From: Scyliorhinus canicula
Taxonomy: Eukaryota
DNA: 64,000 bases
Direction: 5' to 3'
Assembly (NCBI RefSeq): GCF_902713615.1
Contig: NC_052154.1
Location: 80,703,072 to 80,767,071, forward strand
Under the pieces are notes generated by a model. That model ran no database searches. It had not been told where the DNA came from and worked only from the letters and a program-made list of their open reading frames with translations. Position 1 is the first letter of the stretch, and each line of letters starts with the position of its first letter. Below, one piece after another: positions 35,886 to 49,384 of the stretch. The position numbers and the translations under genes are program-made.

Positions 35886-37429
35886 GTGGCGGAAGCAATT
35901 ATTGCTATTTCAGTTCATGTCCCAGTCACTGGTGACCGCCAGGCCAATGATAGTGGAGGACGTTGGAACTGTCATTCAGTTAACTGTCAAGGGAAACTGA
36001 AGATGCTGCTTACCTGGACCTTGTATGGTACGAACCTTGTACACTATCAGCCGATTCATATTCATTGTCCAGGTCTTCCGTGTGCAAGAATGAACTACAA
36101 ATGAGGATTTGCAAGTAAAACTGACCACTGTACAAGCATTGGCAAACAGCCCCACTGCTGACCTGGTAATGGAGGGAATTTAATTTATTAAGTAGATGAA
36201 GGTTGCTGGGCTGAGAATAGTGCTTTGTGGAACTCTTAGAGTCCAGGGGATGAGATTAGTTTCAAACAACCACAATAATTTTCCTGCCAAGTTTGACTGC
36301 AATTACAGTAAGGAATTCCCCCAATCCCTATTGTCTTTAATTTCATTGGGGCTCCTTCTTGAGCTTGGAGATCTGCAGATGTATAATTGTTTAGGAAAGG
36401 AATTTTGGGCTACAGGTTTAACCAGTTAAAGTGTTGCCACCCGTGCCAGCATGAAGTTCAGCCAATTAGTTTAGTCAGTGAGAAGCATGCTGGGTGCAAG
36501 AAGTGACGTAAGGTTGGAGGAGCTTGTAAAGATAGAGTGGGTGAGTTTATGGAGTGGATTGAACATTGGAAAGAAAGTTTAAAATCCATGCTTTGTGAGC
36601 AGCAAATTTGTGGCCTGCTCCGCCAACACCTTTACTTCCATTCACTTCCCTTTGGGGATTGGCAATACTGAAGTTTAGGGGTGAAGGCTGAACAGGACCT
36701 AGTGTAGGAGGTGGGAAAGTAGCAGAGTTTTAACAAGAGTGACTTTATGGGACGAAGGTTATAGAGAACTCCTGAGGAAGACATTGAAGATATTAAATTG
36801 AGATGTGATGGAAGAGGAGCAACTGATTCTGGGACCAAAGACAGTGAAGTTAGAGAGAGAATATAAATGTTACAGTGGGAGAAGTCAGTCTGGGTGATAT
36901 GATATTTGCAGCTGTCTCTGTTTTAAACAGGAGATCCAGTTTTTGCATGGGCTGTTTTGAACTGGATGACTGATAGGGGAGTAGTTGTAATCAGTGTCTA
37001 TTAACGGAACAATATATATGGTGATATTTAAGTCCTCCCAGGTCAAATAGTGGAAATATTGGCAGACCAATAACTTTGTGCCTGTCAGGCATCCCAGGAA
37101 CATAGATATGGGGTCCTGTGAAGTGGTGGAGAGATATGATCAGCATATTAATGACCTTTAACCCTGTGACTGCAAATCCTCCCAGCTGGGAGTAATTTTT
37201 TGGTAAGCAGGTGGAGGGTAGAAGAGGTCATGGGGTGATAGCAAGGGCCATGTCATCCGTGGCGATAAAAACAAGAATAAAAACCTGGCTGGTGTCGCTT
37301 TAAACTTTCAGATTGAATTTTCTCAACCTTTCAGTGTTTTTCTAACACCGTTATTAGTTAGTTTCATCAAGTATAATTTGACTTTATTGTAATGGTGCCC
37401 AGGTTATGCGCTGAATTTCATCTGACTTC

Positions 37430-37780
37430 ACGGTAGCATGGAGGCACAGTGTAAGCACTGCTGCCTCACAGTGCCAGGGATCATGTTCAATTCAGCCTTG
37501 GGTGATTGTCTGTGTGGAGTTTACATTTTCTCCCCGTGTCTGCATGGATTTCCTCCGGGTGCTCCGGCTTCCTCCCACAGTCCAAAGATGTGCATGTTAG
37601 ATGGATTGGTCATGCTAAATTGCCCCTTAGTGTCCAAAAGATTAGGTAGGATTATGTTGATAGGGTCGGGGCATGGGTCTAAATAGGGAACACTTTAAGA
37701 GGGTCGGAGCAGACTCAATGATCCAAATGACCTTCTCCTGTACTGTAGAGAGTCTATGATTCTATTCTATGATTCAAGCA
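37430..37780 (+). mobile_element. V-SINE with CR1-type tail (diverged)
   Basis: Head, core and tail homology. Confidence 0.8.
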
Positions 37781-37929
37781 GTAGATATTTCAATGAATGA
37801 ATGCCTCACTCACTCCCACCCATTCTCCTTTTCAAAGATTATCTACATGCAGGAGAGTGCATCCTCTTTAAAGCAGGTTGTAGCTGCAGACCAGACTGAG
37901 GTCAATCTACTTTATTTTAAATGTTTCAT

Positions 37930-38720
37930 AGAATATAGAACATAGAACAGTGCAGCACAGTACAGCCCTTCAGCCCACGTTGTTGTGCCGACCATTTATC
38001 CTAATCTGAGATCAACCTACCCTGCACCCCTTCAATTTACTGCTGTCCGTGTGCCTGTCCAAGAGTCACTTAAATGTCTATAATGATTCTGACTCCACCA
38101 CCTCTGCTGGCAGTGCATTCCACGCACCCATCACTCTCTGTGTAAAGAACTGACCTCTGACATCTCCCCTATACCCTCCTCCAATCACCTTAAAATTATG
38201 TCCCCTCGTGACAGCCATTTCTGCCCTGGGGAAAAGTCTCTGGCTATTCACCCTATCCATGCCTCTCATCACCTTATACACCTCTATCAAGTCACCTCTC
38301 TTCCTTCTTCACTCCAGTGAGAAAAGCCCTAGCTCCTCCAACCTTTCTTCATAAGACATGCCCTCCAGTCCAGGCAGCATCCTGGTAAATCTCCTCTGCA
38401 ACCTCTCCAAAGCATCCATATCCTTCCTATAATGAGGTGACCAGAAGTGGACACAATATTCCAAGTGTAGTCTAACCAGGGTTTTATAAAGCTGCAGCAA
38501 AACCTTGTGGCTCTTAAACTCAATCCCCCTGTTAATGAAAGCCAACACACCATATGCCTTCTTAACAACCCTATCAACCTGGGTGGCAACTTTGAGGGAT
38601 CTATGTACGTGGACCCCAAGATCCCTCTGTTCCTCCACACTTCCGAGAATTCTGCCTTTAACCCTGTATTCAGCATTCAAAGCTGACCTTACAAAATGAA
38701 TCACTTCATCTGATGTGAAA
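37930..38720 (-). mobile_element. CR1 LINE 3' fragment
   Basis: EEQRDLGVHVHRSLKVATQVDRVVKKAYG..., plus 3' tail (..TTCTATGTTCTA). Confidence 0.9.
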
Positions 38721-39940
38721 TTCGCAGACAGGATTAGCATAGGTGCCCAAACCTAACTGTCCTTGTGAAGGTACTGTGAGTTGTCATCTTGAACCACTGC
38801 AGTCTACCTGGTACAGGTACACCCACAGTGCTGTTAGGAAGGGTTTCCAGAGTTTTGACTCAGCAACAGTGAAGGTAAAGTAATTTGCACAGAGGTAATC
38901 ACGTCCCCATGCAGCTGCTGCCCTTGTCCTTCTACATGGGAGAAGTTGCAGCTTTGGAAGATGCTTTTGAAGGAGGCTTGGCACTTTTCTGCAGTGCATC
39001 TTCTATATGGTACACACTGCTGCCAAAATGGGCCAGTGGTGGTGTGAATGAAGGTTTAGGATAGTGGATGGGATCCCAATATAGCTGACTGTTTTGTTCT
39101 GGATTGTCTCTATCTTCCTGAGTATTGGCAGAGTCTCAAAAAATCAAGACAAGTGGAGAGTATTCCATTACTCTCTGACTTATAACTTCAGGATAGTGGA
39201 CAAGCTTTGGGGAGCAGGGAGTAAATTACTTGTTGCAGAATCCCCAACCTCTGACCTCTTATAAATAGAGTATTATAATGCTGGTCCAGTTAAGTTTCTA
39301 GCCAATAATAGCCTCCAGGATATTGACGGTGAGGGACTAAGCAATGAAAATACTTTTGAATGTCAGAAGATAATTCGATTCTCACTTGTTGGTGATGATA
39401 ATTTCGGGCAGTTGTGTGACATTGATGCTATTTTCCAATAATCAGCCCAAGCCTGAATATTGTTTTGGTCATGCTACATATTGGATGTAAACTGCTTCCA
39501 TGTCTGAGGAGTGGTAAATGGTACTGAATGTTGTGCAATCATCAGCAAACGTCTTCATTTCTGACCTTATGATGGAGGGGAGGTGACTGATGAAATAGCT
39601 GACGGTGCATGAGCCTGGGAAACTACCATACATGACTCCTGCAATTATGTTTGCAGGCTCAGATGATTGGCCCCCAGCGACAACACCTTCCATCACTTTG
39701 CTGAAAATTAGAGGATAGGCTGATGGGTCAATAATTTGCTAATTTAGATTCATCCTGACTTCTGTTGGCAGGACATGTCTAGGAAAGTTTCCACATTCTA
39801 GTAGATGCCAGTATTGTATCTGTACTCGAAAAGCTTGGCTAGGGGAGCAGCAAGTTCTGGTGCATACGTTTTCAACATTATTGCTGGAATGTTGCCAGGG
39901 TCGATCACCTATGTTCTGTCCATTGCCTTCAGCCATTTGT
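38720..39940 (-). mobile_element. Old CR1/L2-group LINE fragments
   Basis: TFADDCTTFSTIYHSS-like RT motif; heavily decayed. Confidence 0.6.
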
Positions 39941-41555
39941 TTATATGAACTGTGCTTCAGAAACCAAGTCATTTATGCTTGAAGGAATATCTGATTCCCT
40001 GTCACTAGTTGAAGCTATGTGTTCAGATGTTGCAACTACAGGCAGTACAGATACGGGAACAAGGAAGCCAGAAGAAATATTGGGCCTGGGTTGATTAGTA
40101 ATGGATGCACTTGTATTTGTCTCTACATTCAAAGTAGCTCTTCTCTGTTCTTGTAACTCGCATGTCATTGCATCATCACCAGGAGCATTGTTTCTTGCTT
40201 CTTGATTATTTGTTGCAGAACTGGATATTGATGTGGATTGTGCTTGTGGTATTATAAACTCTGCAATAGGCCTGCATTGCTTGGCTGATTCCTTCCTTTC
40301 TGCTTCTTTTTGTTCTTTGCGTTTTAGTGACCCAGATTTATGCTTTTTCTTTTCCATGCTGGTAGGGGTAATATTCCTGAAATAAAAACTTAATTAAAAA
40401 TAGCCCACATTGGGAAAAATGAATATTGATGGTTGCAAGAATAACTTGAAGGAACGCCAGATAAACCCCAACTTGATAAAAAATATAAAATAACTTACTT
40501 ACACTTCAATAGGCTATGTTCATTAGTCAATACTATTGTGGCCTATGCAGCTTCAGAAGAGGAGACAATCCACTGTCCAGTTTTCACACCATCAAGCAAC
40601 TGAGACAACTGTTGAAACTTAGAAGTTTGGTCCGACTATAGTGAGACATTAAGAATGGTCCCACGACCAAAGTTAACATGCCCAGTTTGATACCAGTGTA
40701 GTGTTACAAGTCGCAACCCTTTGAGTTTACTGATCATGGCTTATCACTTCAATATCTTTGACCTCATGATTCACGGTCAAAGGTACCGCTTCTCCTTTTC
40801 AGTGACCTCACGACCCTATGTACTGCTTGATATCCTTTCAAGTTGCCGACCATCTCAAATCACGAACTGTAACTTTATCTTTAAATTCACACACTCTTGC
40901 TGAAAACGTGGATTTCCAACTATGTCCGACCCTGGTGAACCAGCCCTCCTCCCCCCTCCACTCCTTTTCACATCCGTTTAACACTGCTTCGTTCCTTCAT
41001 ACACTGAGTGATTATTTGTTTGTTTCTTTATTGCATTTTTATTTGGTATTGCTCTTTTTAAAAACAATTATACTTTATTAAGTTAGAATACAAATCTCAG
41101 GAAAGAAGTTGGAGATTTATTTATCTAATTAATTATAATTTTTAAGGGCCCTTCAGAGATTCACGGGCCCCTTCTTGGCTCTCCGGGCCCCGGACCAATG
41201 TACCGGCTGAACCAAGACTACTGCTTGATATCCTTTGAAGTTGCCGACTCTCTCAAATCACGAATTGTAACTTTATCTTTAAATTCACACACTCTTGCTG
41301 AAAACATGGAATTTCCTTAATTATGCCCGACCGGGGCCCCCCTATTCCACATCCTTCCACTACCTCCCCTGCTTCGTTCCTTTTCATGCACTGATTATTT
41401 GTGTCCTGTTCTCTTTTTTTTCTTATTCCTTTTTATTACTAAAACAGTTGTCTGTATTTGTTTCTTTATTGCATTTTTATTTGATATAGGGGGCCCACTT
41501 CATCAGGGGCCCACTTGCCATCGGGCAAGCTGACACCCTGGCCAGTCCGCCACTG
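39941..41555 (-). mobile_element. hAT-like DNA transposon end carrying a transposase N-terminal remnant
   Basis: Terminus CAGTGGCGGACTGG (as reverse complement, ending at 41555), repeated GGGCCC subterminal motifs, and ORF MEKKKHKSGSLKRKEQKEAERKE.. typical of hAT/ZMYM1-type N-termini; the other end was not found. Confidence 0.6.
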
Positions 41556-41652
41556 GATATCAGTGTGGATGATGCTGGAATATATGTCTGCAAGGTGACA
41601 ATTGAAAACAAAGTGGTTGGAAATGGGTCCGGATCTTTGCTGATTGTGCACG
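41556..41652 (+). pseudogene. 3' part of an Ig V-set (VJ-type) exon
   Basis: DISVDDAGIYVCKVTIENKVVGNGSGSLLIVH contains DxGxYxC and a J-like GxGxxLxV G strand. Phase-1 end, but the donor reads ATACGT instead of GT. Confidence 0.8.
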
Positions 41653-42498
41653 ATACGTGGGATTGTAGGGAGGAGATGAATGAAACGGGACTGCCTCAGA
41701 TTACTGTACAGCATCAGTGCAGAGGACATTATTTCAGAAAGATGCCCTTCGGCGCTTCGTGTCTGCGCCAGCCATCAAGCACATATTTATTCTAATCCCA
41801 TTTTCCAGCACTTGGTCCCTAGCCTTCTTCAATGTTAACTTGCAAAGGTGAAACTGAAATACGATTGGAAAGGGGGGAAATGCATGGCTCTGATAAAAGA
41901 GTAGGAGATTGGGATTAATTGGATAGATCTTGTAAAATGACGGAACGGCCACAAGAGGCCAAAATGCCTCCTCTGAACGGGAAGGTTTTTAGAGTCGGCG
42001 AGACAAAATTTGTCGATACATTTTTAAAATGATGAACGTATTTAGCTTATTTTTTTCTCCAATCTCAAAATTTATGACAGCGTGAAGTTTCTGAAATGTT
42101 CTTTTTTGGTGAGTGCCCCGACGACACGACATCCAGAGCCCAAAACGCCCATGTCCAAGCACAGACACGAGGTGCTGAAATGTGGCTGGCTTTCCTGTAC
42201 TCAATGATAGAAAGGGTTCATGGTCTTGCTGAAAAGGATTGGGCGCAGCACATCCCCATCGAGTTTTGACACTCATCCGATTTTTACCATTTTTAAAACT
42301 AGATTTTTACAATGTTTGCAAGAGATGAGAGTGCATCAATGTCAAATAATGGATTGTATGAAGGAATGGTTTGAAATATATTAACGTATAAAACAAAAAA
42401 GACAAATTTAAATGTTTTTGATAAAATTATGTTAAAAGCTATGCTGAAGATAGGAATCGAATGTAAGTCGGAATAATGTTATGTTAAATCTCCATCAG

Positions 42499-42801
42499 CA
42501 CCGCCAACTCCGTTAAAGGTGTCTTCCTCAGCACCTGAAGATGGTTTGTCTACTTCTCGTTTGCTTGTATGTAAAACGGCTGAATTTTATCCGGTGGAAG
42601 TTTCAATTACTTGGTATAAGAATTATGACATTTTCATCTCCACAAGTACTATCAAACAACAGAACTCCGATGGACTTTATGAAGTCTCCAGCAATTTGGT
42701 AGAGGACCGACCTGTCCAAATTGGTACTATTTATACCTGCCTGGGGTCTCATGTCACTCTCGTGGTTCCAGCTAGCACCAGCCTTACTTTTCATAATGCC
42801 G
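42499..42801 (+). CDS. Ig C1-set domain exon (phase 1-1, open frame, canonical splice sites)
   Basis: Acceptor CTCCATCAG, donor G|GTAAAT; APPTPLKV..LLVCKTAEFYPVEVSITWYKN..QQNSDGLYEVSSNL..YTCLGSHVTL shows the C1-set signature (C..FYP..I..W, N.DG.Y..S.L, Y.C..SH). Confidence 0.85.
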
Positions 42802-43929
42802 GTAAATTGCAAAATCATCTAAAATACTGTAATTACAAACCATGCACTCTTGCTGGACTAGATTTCGAAATGCTGGGCAATAATGCAACCATGTGGGGGA
42901 GCAGCAAGACAGGGGTTGTTGATGATTATAGTAACAATTATGAATTATTGAAGATAAATGACGAATCCAATGCAATAGTGAAAATGTAACATATTGACTA
43001 TTGTGTGAAAATGCATATAGTAAGAATACATGACATACAATATGAAATATACACAGGAATGCATGGGAAAAGGACCTGGAACTCGATACTAGAATTACCT
43101 CTTTCTTTGTCTAGGCAATGAGGTAGAATTATTGATAGACCGAATATAAATATAGCCAGATCTGCAAATATACTGAGACTGTTCTGGAGCTTCTTCAGGA
43201 TTTGGTCAGGCCACACTGGAACTACTCTGTATATTTGTGACCAATATTCCACAAAAAAGAGGCATTTCCACTGGAGTGGATGAATTTAGTTAATAAGGAA
43301 TTATTAGTACAGCACAAACTCTGGGTTTGTGGAAGCTATTTGGCATAGATTAGATACGTTTGGAATATTACTTCAGAGTTGATTCAGGTTGTAGGGCCAG
43401 ACCACATTAAATGAAATTGGTAAAAAGTGATTGAAAACCTATATTTATTCAAATCGTGATAGAAAATCTGCAAGTTTAATTAAGGGTGAGTGCTAGCCTT
43501 GGTCAGCTAGAGTCGTGAATGAGTGAGTTCGGAACCTTTTCTGGCCTTGACTAAGATGGGATATTTTTGACACTAGTTCCTTCCATATTGAACATCGATT
43601 TGCATTATAGAAATGTATTGTAAAATAATTGTGTTTCAGTTGCATATGTTGCGCACAAGGAATGCTAAAGGACTCTATTTAAAAACTGACAGTCCTTTCC
43701 ACTTATTAAAAAAACTGATTTTGAATATATAAAAACAAAAATATGTATTTCATACCATGATTACATTTAACAGTTTCATTAACTTTTGTGTCACATAGTG
43801 TATTTATTAATATAATATATTCTTAAAATTTTTATTTGATGACCTCAATCTATTTCAAAAGCCAAGTTTGAACATCATTTTTATACAGAGCTGTTATGCT
43901 GTTAGCTGAAATAGATTCTTAGGCTGTGC

Positions 43930-46020
43930 TATGAGTCCATGTGCCTCACCAAACCCCTATAGAATTGCAGTTTAACATCTCTATTCCTACAGTCAGTCCT
44001 CTCACTATGAAGGCCAACATATCATTTGCCTTCTTTACTGCCTGTTGTACTTGCGTGCACACTTTCAATGACTGATGCACGAGGACACCAAGGTCTCGCT
44101 CAGTATCCACTTCTCTCAATTTACACTCTTTCAAATAATAATCTGCCTTCCTATTTTTGCTACTGAAGCGGATAACCTCACAATTATCCACATTATACTG
44201 CATCTACCATGCATGTTTCCACTCACTCTGCCTATCCAAATCCCGCTGAAGCATCTCTGCATCCTCCTCACAGCACACCCTCCCATGCAACCTTGTATCT
44301 TCTGCAAATTTGGAGATAATACATGTAGTTCTCACATCCAAATTATTAACATATAATGTGGACAGTTGGGGTCCTATCACAGATCCATGCGCCACCCCAC
44401 TAGTCACTGCCTGCCAATCAGAAAAAGGCCCATTTATTCCAATGTTTTGCTTCCTGTCTGCTAACCAGGTTTTTATCCATCCTAAAGCACCACCTGTAAT
44501 CCCATGTACTTTAACTTTACATATTAATCTGCTACATGAGACCTTGTCGAAAGCCTTCTGAAAGTCTGAATAAATCACATCCACTGGTTACCTCTGGTCA
44601 ACTCTACTAGTTACATCTTCAAAGAATTCTAGTAGAGTTGGCGAGCATGATTTTCCTTTGATAAATCCATGCTGACTTTGCCTGATTATAACACTGCTTT
44701 CCAAATGCTGTGCTATGAAATCCTTGATAATGGAATCCCGCAACTTCCCTACAACCAACGTTAGGCTCTCTGGTCTATGGTTCTCTGTTTTCTCTCTACC
44801 TCCTTCTTTGAATAGCGGGGTTACATTCACTACTCTTCAAAGGTATGAACCATTTCAGAGTCCAAAGAATTTTGGAAAATGGTCACCAATGGATCTACTA
44901 TTTCTAAGACCACTTCCTTAAGTACTCTGGGATGCATTTATCAGGCCCTGGAGATTTATCCATCTCCCATCCCATTAATTTCCCCAAAACAATTTCTTTA
45001 CTAATACTGATTTTCTTCCGCTTCTCACAAAAATTTGTATTCTCCGAACTTCTGTACATTATTCATGTCTTCCTTTGTGAACACAAAAGCAAAGTACGAA
45101 TTTAGTTACTCAGCCATTTCTTTGATAACTATTATGAAATCCCCTCTTTCTGACTGTAAGGGGCCTACATTCGTTTTTTGATCAATCTTTTTCTCTTTAC
45201 ATAATCATATAAACTTTTATAGTCAGGTTTTATGTCCCCCGCTATTTTAATTTCAAATTGTATTTTCCCCTTCTTAATCAATCCCTTGGTCTGCTTTTGC
45301 TGAATTTTAAACTGTTCCCAATCCTCAGGTCTATTGCTTTATCTTGCTAATTTGTATGCCTCTTCTTTGAATCTAATGCTATCTCTAATTTCCCTTGTAA
45401 GCCATGGTTTGGCCACAGCTCCCTTTCTGCTCTTGTACCAAATAGGAATAAACAACTTTTGGAGATCATCTATTTGTTTCTTGAATGCCTGCCATTGCCT
45501 TTCAGTAATGTTTCCCAGTCCGTCATTGCCAGCTCATGGCTCATACCATCATAGTTAGCGTTATTTTGGTTTAGGACCTTGGTCTCAGAGGCAATTACCC
45601 CACTATTCATCTTGATAAAGAATTCTACCATTATGGCCACTCATTCCCATGTTTCTCACAACTAGGTTGCCAACTAATCCTTTCTCATTGCACAACACCC
45701 AGTCCAAGATAGCCTGTTCCCTTGTTGATTCCTCAACATACTGGTCCAGACAACTATCCTGTATACACTCCAGAAATTCCTCCTCTATTGTATTGTGACT
45801 AATTTGAGTCACCAAATCTATATGCAGATTTGAGTCACCCATAATCACAGATATTCCTTTATCACTTGCATCTCTGATTTCCTGTCTAATGCTTTTCCCA
45901 ACATTACCACTTCAGTTTGGTGGTCTGTATACCACCCCACGAATGTTTTTTGCCCCTTGATGTTTCTTAACTCTACCCAGACGGATTCCACATCATCTGT
46001 ACTAATATCTTTCCTTACAC
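43930..46020 (-). mobile_element. CR1 LINE (endonuclease to RT), decayed
   Basis: MGDSNLH, DFQKAFDKV, SGVAHGSVIGP, FAEDT, ERDLGVLVHQSLKV. Confidence 0.9.
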
Positions 46021-46481
46021 CAGTTTACGCGTGTTAACCTCTTTAATTTCTTTTTCAAAATGGAGCTGACTTTCGAAGTAAACATGGAACCTGTAAGCAT
46101 CTCATCTGTGCTTTTGACAGAAACTTAAATATTCTCCAAAACGTTTCAGTGGCATTGAATGAAAGACAGAGATACATGCATACAGATAGAAAGATAGAGG
46201 TAGACAGAATTGTTTCCTTGTCTGTGTAGACACAAGTTGAAACTGCAATCACCAGCAGCTTATTTTACGTGGCCTTAAAGAAAATAACAAACAAAGTAAA
46301 AGACAGAGAAACAGAAAAAAGAGGGAGAAATAGCATGTGTGTATCTGTGAAGAGAGATAGAGGGAGAGAGAGATGGACGCAGAGATAAGCAGGAAAAGAG
46401 AAGCGGGACAAAAGCAGAGCCAGGAATAAATAGCGACAGGAAGACAACAGAAGCAGATATAAGAAATCAGTCTTCCAAGAG

Positions 46482-46815
46482 CGCACAGTAGCACAGTGGT
46501 TAGCACTGTTGCTTCACAATGCCAGGGACCCGGGTCTGATTCCCCCTTGGGTCACTGTCTGAGCGAAGTCTGCACATTCTCCTCGTGTCTGTGTGGGTTT
46601 ACTTCAGGCCCTCTGGTTTCCTCCCACAAATCCCAAAAGACGTGCTTCCTAGGTGTCCTAAAAAAGTAAGGTTGTGGGGGGTGGGGGGGGGGGGGGGGGG
46701 GGGTTGTTTGGTTACGGGTATAGGGTGGATACGTGGGTTTCAGTAGGGTGATCATTGTTCGGCACAACATTGAGGGCCGAAGGGCCTGTTCTGTGCTGTA
46801 CTGTTCTATGATCTA
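46482..46815 (+). mobile_element. V-SINE with CR1-type tail
   Basis: Head, core and tail homology. Confidence 0.85.
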
Positions 46816-46819
46816 TGAG

Positions 46820-48440
46820 TACTTAAGGAAGTAGCCCTAGAAATGGTAATTCCATTGGTGGTCATTTTCCTAAATTCTTTGGACTCTGGAATGGTTTCTA
46901 CAGATGGGAGGGTAGCTAATGTAAGCCCCTATTCAAAAAGGGAGGAAAAGAGAAAACAGGAACTGACACAATAAAAGGCTATTATTATTATTATAGACCA
47001 GTGAGCCTAACATCGGTAGTAGGGAAGTAGCTACAGTTCATTTTCAGGGATTTAGTAGCACCACATTTGGAAAGTAGTGGCATAATCAGAGAAAGTCAGC
47101 ATAGATTTACGAAAGGGAAATCATGCTTGACAAATGTATTGGAATTGTTTGAAGATTTAATGAGTAGAGTTGACCATGGAGAACTAGAGGATGCAGTTTA
47201 TTTAGACTTTCAGAAGGCTTTCGAAAAGGTCTCACATTGCGGATTACTATGTAAAGTTAAAGCACATGAGATTGCAGGTATTTTCTTGAGATGGATAGAA
47301 AGCTAGTTAGTTGACAACAAGCAAAAAGTTGGAATAAATGGGTCTTTTTCCGATTGGCAGGCAGTGACTAGTGGGGTACCACATCAATCTGTGCTAGGAT
47401 CACAACTGTTCACATTATATATTAATGATTGGACAAGGGAACTAAATGTATTTTCTCCACATTTGCAGATGAGACAAAGTTGGGTGGGAGATGGAGCTGT
47501 GAGAAGGATGAAGAGATGCTTCAGCATGATTTGGACAGACTGAGTGAGTGGGAATATGCATATGAGATGCAGCGTAATGTGGATAAATGTGATGTCATCC
47601 ACTTGCAGTATAATGTGGATCAATGTGATGTCAGTCACTTCGGCAGCAAAAATAGGAAGGCAGATTATTATTGGAATTGGAATTGAAATTGAGAGAGGTG
47701 GATAATCAGCGAGACCTTGGTGTCCATGTGCATCAGTTGCTGAAGGTGAGCATGCAGGTGCAGCAGGCCATAAAGAAGGCAAATGATATGTTGGCCTTCA
47801 TAGAGAGAGGATTTGAATGTAGGAATAGGGATGTTTACTGCAACTGTATAGGGCTTTGCTGAGGCTACACCTGGAGTATTGTGTATAATTTTGGTGTCTT
47901 TATCTGAGGAAGGGTGTTCTTGGTTTGGAGGGGGTGCACCAAAGGTTTACCAGGTTGATTCCTGGGATGGTGGGATTGTCTTATGAGTAGAGACTCTGCC
48001 GGTTAGGATTCTATTCATTGGAGTTTAGAAGAGTGAGAGTGGATATCATAGAAACTTATAAAAATCTACCAGGATTAGACAGTGTAGATTCAGAAAGCAT
48101 GTTCCCGATGGTGGGGGAGTCCAGAACTAGGGGCCATAGTTTGAGGATAGGGCACAACATTTTAGGACTGAGGTGAAGAGAAATTTCTTCACCCAGAGAG
48201 TGATAAATCTGTGAATTCACAAACACAGAATGTAGTTGAGGCCAAAACATTGTGTATGATTTCAGGAAGGAATTAGATAAAGCTCTTGGGTCAAAAGGGA
48301 TCAAGGGATATGGAGAGAAGGCGAGACCTGGGTATTGAATTTGATGATAAGTCATGATCATAATGAATGGCAGAGCAGGCTGGAAGGGTTGACTGGCCTC
48401 CTCCTGCTTCTATTTTCTATGTATGTTTCTATGTATTTAT
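46820..48440 (+). mobile_element. CR1 LINE 3' half, decayed
   Basis: RT motifs (DFQKAFEKV, FADETKLGG) and tail TTTTCTATGTATGTTTCTATG. Confidence 0.9.
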
Positions 48441-49384
48441 GTTACGCGTGCTTTCAATTTCTCCACAGGATGGCACTGCATTCACTTAAGCAGTCATAAA
48501 ACGCCCAATGCCATTCTGAATTGTTTCACGGGTGGGGCTGTAACCTCTCTGTCAGTTACAACAAGGCACCTAAAAGAGATTTGATTTCTTCCCAGCAGGA
48601 GTGTGTCTGGCCAGGGTAGACCTGCTACTATATTATAATCAGTCCAGATTTATCAGTTATGTTTGATCAGGCCATGAGTTTGTTAACTGAAATATGATGT
48701 GTATATGACAATTACATTAATTTAACGAGGCTCTCAGATGAAGAAAAGATTTAGATATCCACGACAAAGCATGTGAGCTTTGAAATCTAACTGTGTGATT
48801 ATTCAAATGAATCAGACATTGCTGTCATATTGCTTTGACAAATTCTATCAGGCGCATTTGTTAGTTTTGTTTAAACATGGTACCACCGCTCTAAAGTAGC
48901 ACAATGGCTAAACCACGGTGATTTATGCATCTGATTTATTTCAGAAAATAACACATGGGTACATGGCATATAGGTAATTTGAGACATGACATGCAATAAG
49001 TGTAGTGTGTTTGAGAGGAACAGGTGACTTTTGACTCACGTCAGAACCTTTATGGACTGATTGATCGAGTTTGATTATGATGATTAATCAATGTGTCCTG
49101 TGTCATTGTATCATGCCATTGTGGGCTAGTAGGTTAGAAGAGCCCTGTCCTTTTTCACTACATTCTATGTAAATATCTTTTCACTACATTATTTGTGAGT
49201 CTTCAATTAACTTGTAGGGTTTACATGTATTGCAGGTAAATTCAGGTCAATTGGATGAAGTTCATGTAATGTTCGGGTTTTGCTTTACTTTCGTATATCT
49301 TGTCGGGTCTAGTATTACTTTCAGTTATGGAGTCGCTAATATCGTTGTAGCTTCACTGGTAATCGTAACGTTGCTACTTATTTA

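Noticed and set aside
35884-35893. CAGTGGCGGA as the missing other end of the hAT element
   Set aside because: The preceding 8 bp (ATATGCTC) do not match the GATATCAG flank at 41556-41563, no V-exon 5' half lies upstream, and it overlaps the end of a Penelope-like relic.
46230-46388. Possible cytoplasmic exon with ITIM-like LFYVAL after a TGTGTAG acceptor
   Set aside because: A six-residue match in AG-rich low-complexity sequence; chance is likely without transcript data.
46025-48451. TTACGCGTG present at both 46025 and 48443 as a possible TSD
   Set aside because: The enclosed segment is a mixture of unique DNA, a SINE and a CR1 with no single-element structure; probably coincidence.
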